From assembly GCA_963707915.1 (NCBI GenBank), contig OY970178.1:2592001-2656000 (forward strand): a stretch of DNA of 64,000 nucleotides. Reading direction: 5' to 3'. The notes below the pieces were generated by a model. The model saw only the letters and a list, made by a program, of their open reading frames with translations. It was not told where the DNA came from and made no database searches. Both the position numbers and the translations under genes were made by a program. Source of the stretch: Candidatus Eiseniibacteriota bacterium (GTDB lineage Bacteria; Eisenbacteria; RBG-16-71-46). Of this stretch, positions 59,616 through 64,000 are shown in pieces (position 1 is the stretch's first letter; every line of letters starts with the position of its first letter).

Positions 59616-61508
59616 GTGAGGCGCCCCGGCCGGCCGGCACGGATCGGCGGCGTGCGGCTCGCGGCGCTGCTCCTGGCGGCATTGCCGCTCGTCCCGCTCG
59701 GGCTCGCCGCCGTCGCGGCCGACCGGCCCGCCGCGCAGCCGGCGGGAGAGCCCGATTACCCGCACGGGGCCTTCCAGGGCGACTGCTCGGAGTGCCACGG
59801 GGACGAGGGCTGGAAGCCGGCGCGCATCAGCCGGAACTTCGACCACGCGCGGCGCTCGGGGTTCGCCCTGGCCGGGGCGCATGCCGCGCTCCGGTGTGCC
59901 GCCTGTCACGGCACGCTCGACTTCTCCCAGCAGCGCAAGCTCTGCGCCTCGTGCCACCAGGATCCGCACCTCGGGGAGCTCGGGCCCGAGTGCGGCCGCT
60001 GCCACACCTCGCGCAGCTTCCTCGACCGCGCGGGCATGGTCCGCATGCACCAGTGGACGCGCTTCCCGCTGGCGGGCACGCACGCGGGGCTCGACTGCGA
60101 GGACTGCCACCCCCTGACGTCGCAGGGGCACCTGCGCTTCGCCGCGACCCGTGCGGACTGCTACTCGTGCCACCGTGCCGAGTTCGAGGGGGCGACCCGC
60201 CCCGCGCACGTCGCGGGCGGCTTCGCGACCGAGTGCTCGGCGTGTCACACGCCGCTGGCCTGGCGCCCCGCTCGCTTCGACCACTCGGGAGCCACCGACT
60301 GCGTCTCGTGCCACCGGGCCGACTACGACCGCACGACGGGTCCCGCGCACGCTGCCGCGGGCTTCCCGACCGCCTGCGCGACCTGCCACACGACCCGCGG
60401 GTGGCAGCCCTCGACGTTCGACCACGCCGCCACGGTGTTCGCGCTCACCGGCGCGCACCGGCAGACGCTCTGCGCGAGCTGCCACGGGAGTCCCTGGCAG
60501 AACGCGCTGGCCACCGACTGCTACTCGTGCCACAGGCCGGCCTACGACGCGACGATCGCGCCCGCGCACGCCGCGGGCGGGATCCCCACGACCTGCACCA
60601 GCTGCCACAACACGGTGGCCTGGCAGCCGGCGACGTTCGACCACGCGGCCACGCCGTTCCCGCTCACCGGGGCGCACGTCCAGGCGCCGTGCGCGAGCTG
60701 CCACGGGAGTCCCTGGCAGAACGCGCTGGCCACCGACTGCTACTCGTGCCACAAGCCGGCCTACGACGCGACGGCCGCGCCCGCGCACGCCGCGGGCGGG
60801 ATCCCCACGACCTGCGCGAGCTGCCACAACACGGTGGCCTGGCAGCCGGCGACGTTCAACCACGCGGCCACGCCGTTCCCGCTCACCGGGGCGCACGTGC
60901 AGGCGCCGTGCGCGAGCTGCCACGGGAGTCCCTGGCAGAACACGCTGGCCACCGACTGCTACTCGTGCCACAAGCCGGCCTACGATGCGACGGCGGCGCC
61001 CGCGCACGCCGCGGGCGGGATCCCCACGACCTGCGCGAGCTGCCACAACACGGCGGCCTGGCAGCCGGCGACGTTCAACCACGCGGCCACGCCGTTCCCG
61101 CTCACCGGGGCGCACGTGCAGGCGCCGTGCGCGAGCTGCCACGGCAGTCCCTGGCAGAACACGCTGGCCACCGACTGCTACTCGTGTCACAAGCCGGCCT
61201 ACGATGCCACCACCGACCCCGCCCACGCGGCGGCGGGGTTCCCGGTCACCTGCGCCACCTGCCACACGACGACCACCTGGCTCGGGGCGACGTTCGACCA
61301 CACCTGGTTCCCGATCAGCTCGGGCCGGCACTCGGGGAACTCGTGCGCGAGCTGCCACAACGCCCCGGCCAACTACGCCTCGTTCACCTGCCTCACCGCG
61401 GGGTGCCATTCGCAGAGCAGCACCGACGGCCACCACGACAGCGTCTCGGGGTACCGGTACGACAGCGCTGCCTGCTACTCGTGCCACCCGCGCGGGGCGG
61501 CCGGTTGA
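59616..61508 (+). CDS. Exported repeat-built multiheme cytochrome c (23 CxxCH + 1 CX4CH)
   Basis: Hydrophobic signal segment; 23 CxxCH plus CLTAGCH; start ambiguous (ATG 59547 or GTG 59616). Confidence 0.9.
   Translation: MRRPGRPARIGGVRLAALLLAALPLVPLGLAAVAADRPAAQPAGEPDYPHGAFQGDCSECHGDEGWKPARISRNFDHARRSGFALAGAHAALRCAACHGTLDFSQQRKLCASCHQDPHLGELGPECGRCHTSRSFLDRAGMVRMHQWTRFPLAGTHAGLDCEDCHPLTSQGHLRFAATRADCYSCHRAEFEGATRPAHVAGGFATECSACHTPLAWRPARFDHSGATDCVSCHRADYDRTTGPAHAAAGFPTACATCHTTRGWQPSTFDHAATVFALTGAHRQTLCASCHGSPWQNALATDCYSCHRPAYDATIAPAHAAGGIPTTCTSCHNTVAWQPATFDHAATPFPLTGAHVQAPCASCHGSPWQNALATDCYSCHKPAYDATAAPAHAAGGIPTTCASCHNTVAWQPATFNHAATPFPLTGAHVQAPCASCHGSPWQNTLATDCYSCHKPAYDATAAPAHAAGGIPTTCASCHNTAAWQPATFNHAATPFPLTGAHVQAPCASCHGSPWQNTLATDCYSCHKPAYDATTDPAHAAAGFPVTCATCHTTTTWLGATFDHTWFPISSGRHSGNSCASCHNAPANYASFTCLTAGCHSQSSTDGHHDSVSGYRYDSAACYSCHPRGAAG
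60291..61302 (+). repeat. Intragenic tandem repeat, 219-bp (73-aa, three-heme) unit, about 4.6 copies
   Basis: GCCACCGACTGC recurs at 60291, 60510, 60729, 60948 and 61167; the central copies are nearly identical in DNA. Confidence 0.95.
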
Positions 61509-63217
61509 GCGCGCCCCGCGTCCCGCGTCCGTCATGGCCGTGCCGGGGCCGCCGGGCCTGGCGCGCGCTGGCGTCATGCGCGGCGCTCGTCGCGCTGTCC
61601 CTGGCCGGTGGGCCAGTGGCGCAGGCGGCGGGGCGGGAGGCCCGCGTCAGCTACCTCGCCGGCGCATCGGTCTACGTGGACGCCGGCCGGGCGGAGGGCC
61701 TGCGGGAGGGCGACTCGCTGACGGTGGTGCGTGGGGGGAAGCCCATCGCCTGGCTGCGGGCCTCGTTCCTTTCCTCGCATCGCGCCTCCTGCGACACGCT
61801 GGGCACGCTCGCGCCCGTCCAGGTGGGCGACGTGGCGCGCTTCGTCCCCAGCCTCCCCGGTCTCGTCGATGCCGGGCGCGACTCCAACGCCGTGGCGCCC
61901 GGCGCGGCCCGGGCGATCGCCACGCCGCCTGCGGGTCCGCCCGTTCCCGGCCCGGCCCCGGGCGTTCCGCCGGGGATCGCCGCGTCCGTGGCCCCCGCGC
62001 CGCGCGTCGCGCGCGGCGGCGGACCGCTGCGCGGACGGCTCGGGGCGCGTTTCCTGACCGTGCAGAGCGACGGCGGCAACCGCCTCACCCAGCCGGCGTT
62101 CGACCTGCGGCTCGACGGTGTGAGCCTGGGCGGGGCGCCGGTCGACCTGGCGGTGGACTTCCGGGGCCGCCGCGTCACGCAGAGCGGTCCGGGGCGGACC
62201 CCGTCGAACCGGGACCGCGGCCTGTTCTACAGCCTCGCGCTCGCGACCCACGACGCGGGCGGACACTACCGGCTCACGGTCGGCCGGCAGCTCTCGCCGG
62301 CGCTCGCGCCCGTGAACCTGTTCGACGGCGCGCTGGTCGAGCGCCGCGGCGCGCGCTGGAACGCGGGGCTCTTCAGCGGCACGCAACCCGAGCCCCTCCG
62401 GCTTGGTCTGTCCGGGGCGATCGTCCAGGGGGGCGGCTACGTCGAGTGGCACCAGCCGCCGGGTGCGGCGCGGCGCTGGACCGTGAGCAGCGGTGCCATC
62501 AGTTCGTACGACCACGGCAACACCAACCGCGACTTCGGCTTCCTGCAGGGCTATTACCTGGACCGCGCGGTGAGCGCGACGCTCTCGCAGGAGGTCGACG
62601 TGAACCGCGGCTGGAAGCGCGAACGGGGCCAGCCCTCGCTCCAGGCGACGGGCACGTTCCTCACGACCAACGTGCGGGTCGGCTCCGCGCTCTCGTTGCG
62701 CGCCGGGTTCGACACCCGGCGGAACGTCTGGCTCTACCGGGACCGGACCACGCCCGAGAACCTGTTCGACGACCGCTACCGGCAGGGTGGCTGGGGTGGT
62801 GCGATGCTCGACGTCGCGCATCACTTCCGGCTCACGGGGGACGCGCGCACCAGCTCGATCGCGGGGGCCCGGCGCCAGGACGGCTGGACCGGCGGGCTCG
62901 AGGGCTACCGTTTCACCCCGCTCAACCTGGCGCTGCGCGCGCGCTACAGCCGGTTCACCGGCGGCGGCCAGGAGAACTCGCTGGCTTCGTTCGGGGCCGG
63001 TCTCGATCCGCTGGGCCGGGTGCACCTCGAGATGACCGGGGGGCAGCGCACCACGCGGGACGCGCTGGCCGGGGCCGGGGAGCGCTCGCAGTGGCTCGGC
63101 GCCGATCTCGATGTGATGCTGCCGGGTCGCGCCTACGCGAATGCCTCGTTCGAGAACGACACGGGTGGACTCGGCGCGTCGCGCCAGGCGTACTTCGGGC
63201 TGAGCTGGAGATTCTGA
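61505..63217 (+). CDS. Outer-membrane beta-barrel protein (putative porin of a porin-cytochrome conduit)
   Basis: TTGA overlap with the cytochrome stop; signal peptide; small N-terminal domain, Pro-rich linker, alternating amphipathic strands, C-terminal YFGLSWRF. Confidence 0.8.
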   Translation: MSAPRVPRPSWPCRGRRAWRALASCAALVALSLAGGPVAQAAGREARVSYLAGASVYVDAGRAEGLREGDSLTVVRGGKPIAWLRASFLSSHRASCDTLGTLAPVQVGDVARFVPSLPGLVDAGRDSNAVAPGAARAIATPPAGPPVPGPAPGVPPGIAASVAPAPRVARGGGPLRGRLGARFLTVQSDGGNRLTQPAFDLRLDGVSLGGAPVDLAVDFRGRRVTQSGPGRTPSNRDRGLFYSLALATHDAGGHYRLTVGRQLSPALAPVNLFDGALVERRGARWNAGLFSGTQPEPLRLGLSGAIVQGGGYVEWHQPPGAARRWTVSSGAISSYDHGNTNRDFGFLQGYYLDRAVSATLSQEVDVNRGWKRERGQPSLQATGTFLTTNVRVGSALSLRAGFDTRRNVWLYRDRTTPENLFDDRYRQGGWGGAMLDVAHHFRLTGDARTSSIAGARRQDGWTGGLEGYRFTPLNLALRARYSRFTGGGQENSLASFGAGLDPLGRVHLEMTGGQRTTRDALAGAGERSQWLGADLDVMLPGRAYANASFENDTGGLGASRQAYFGLSWRF

Positions 63218-63218
63218 G

Positions 63219-63248
63219 CCGGGGGGGCGCGCGTTCGCGCCCCCCCGG
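63219..63248. terminator. GC hairpin between convergent genes
   Basis: CCGGGGGGGCGCG-cgtt-CGCGCCCCCCCGG 13-bp stem filling the intergenic gap. Confidence 0.6.
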
Positions 63249-63249
63249 G

Positions 63250-64000
63250 TCATCGACCGACGACGGTCACGCGGGACGTGAGATGCCGGTCTCCCCGGGT
63301 CAGGCGGATGATGTAGACGCCCGGCTCCAGGGTCAGGCCCTCGGAGAGATCCACCACCTGGGGTCCGGCGACCGCCACCGTGCGCTCGCACACCCGGCGA
63401 CCGGCCACGTCGAGCAACTCCAGCCGGCCGGGCGCGGCGTCGGGCAGCGAGAGCGAGACGAAGACGCCGTGCGAGGCGGGGTTGGGCCGGGCCCCATCGA
63501 GGGCGAAGGCGAAGGCCGGCCCCGGCGGCACGACCGGCTCCGCGGGCACGTCCACCCAGACCTCGCCGCTCGCCTGCGGGCCGCTCCCGTCGATCCACGT
63601 GAGCCGGTAGGCGTAACGGCCGAGGGCGGTCACCGTGGTGTCCACGAAGACCAGCTGCCCGGAGCCGTCGGCCGCGCCCTCGCCGATGGCGGCGAAGCTG
63701 GTCGTCGGCTCGCGGCGCTCGATCGTCGCCACCAGGCTGCCCAGCGCGCTGGCGTACCAGGTCAGCGTCACGCGGTGGGGCGTGGCGGTGACGCCCGCGA
63801 GGCTGACCACGGCCATCGTGGTCAGCATCGGCACGGTCGCGGCGTAGATGTCGGGGTCGCCGTTGCGTCCGTCGCTCCAGGCCGCGTACAGGTTCGTGTC
63901 GTTCGCGAACAGGGACTGGTAGTCCCCCTGGTTGGGCGTGATGTTGCTGCCGACGTTGGTCCAGTTCGTCTGCACCGAGCTCAGGCTGCCGACCGAGGTC
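63250..64000 (-). CDS. C-terminal part of a secreted protein with a T9SS-A/FlgD-like C-terminal domain (partial, starts beyond right edge)
   Basis: Frame is open to the window end; GDY...AWSDGRNGDPDIY; FALDGARPNP...LELLDVAGRRV...PGVYIIRL...RVTVV. Confidence 0.8.
   Translation of the reverse strand, partial: TSVGSLSSVQTNWTNVGSNITPNQGDYQSLFANDTNLYAAWSDGRNGDPDIYAATVPMLTTMAVVSLAGVTATPHRVTLTWYASALGSLVATIERREPTTSFAAIGEGAADGSGQLVFVDTTVTALGRYAYRLTWIDGSGPQASGEVWVDVPAEPVVPPGPAFAFALDGARPNPASHGVFVSLSLPDAAPGRLELLDVAGRRVCERTVAVAGPQVVDLSEGLTLEPGVYIIRLTRGDRHLTSRVTVVGR

Noticed and set aside
59572..59619. 15-codon mini-ORF (MRKAGVISGHAEGRP) bridging the two cytochrome genes by ATGA/GTGA overlaps
   Set aside because: Could be a translational-coupling peptide, but an in-frame ATG at 59547 with GAGGAG explains initiation equally well; no supporting evidence.
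60291..61302. Regular repeats considered as a CRISPR array or mobile element
   Set aside because: The 219-bp period is in frame within a cytochrome, with no unique spacers and no cas or transposase genes.

Overview
Very GC-rich bacterial DNA from a diderm organism. PEP-CTERM, lipoprotein and T9SS/FlgD-like C-terminal sorting signals suggest an FCB-associated candidate lineage such as Ca. Eisenbacteria (inference only). The window is dominated by two electron-transfer loci. (1) A ~17 kb respiratory island (12929-29825) with two divergent CbcL-like multiheme-c/cytochrome-b fusions (13 and 19 CxxCH), a c554-like tetraheme with a contracted CxCH motif, an 18-heme NapC-type protein, an octaheme-NrfC-NrfD module, and two mirror-image Rieske/cytochrome b/nonaheme triads. 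The second cytochrome b has lost both heme bH histidines and the PEWY glutamate. (2) A sigma54-type operon (55290-63217) encoding a putative di-heme b ferric-reductase-like membrane protein, a membrane-anchored and apparently circularly permuted ferredoxin-flavoprotein, a 20-heme cytochrome, a 24-heme cytochrome built from 219-bp tandem repeats, and an outer-membrane beta-barrel. This is a candidate NAD(P)H-to-cell-exterior electron conduit. By hand I count 123 CxxCH motifs plus 2 non-canonical motifs in the window. The rest includes a class II ribonucleotide reductase, an arg operon (argR-C-B-D-G-H/A fusion-J) with ARG boxes, a heme c chemoreceptor, a LiaF-like/LytS/LytTR module, transporters, GT-C type glycosyltransferases, peptidases and a doubly frameshifted UPF0182 gene. 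No rRNA, tRNA, CRISPR array or mobile element was recognised. All calls come from manual motif reading, with no database search.
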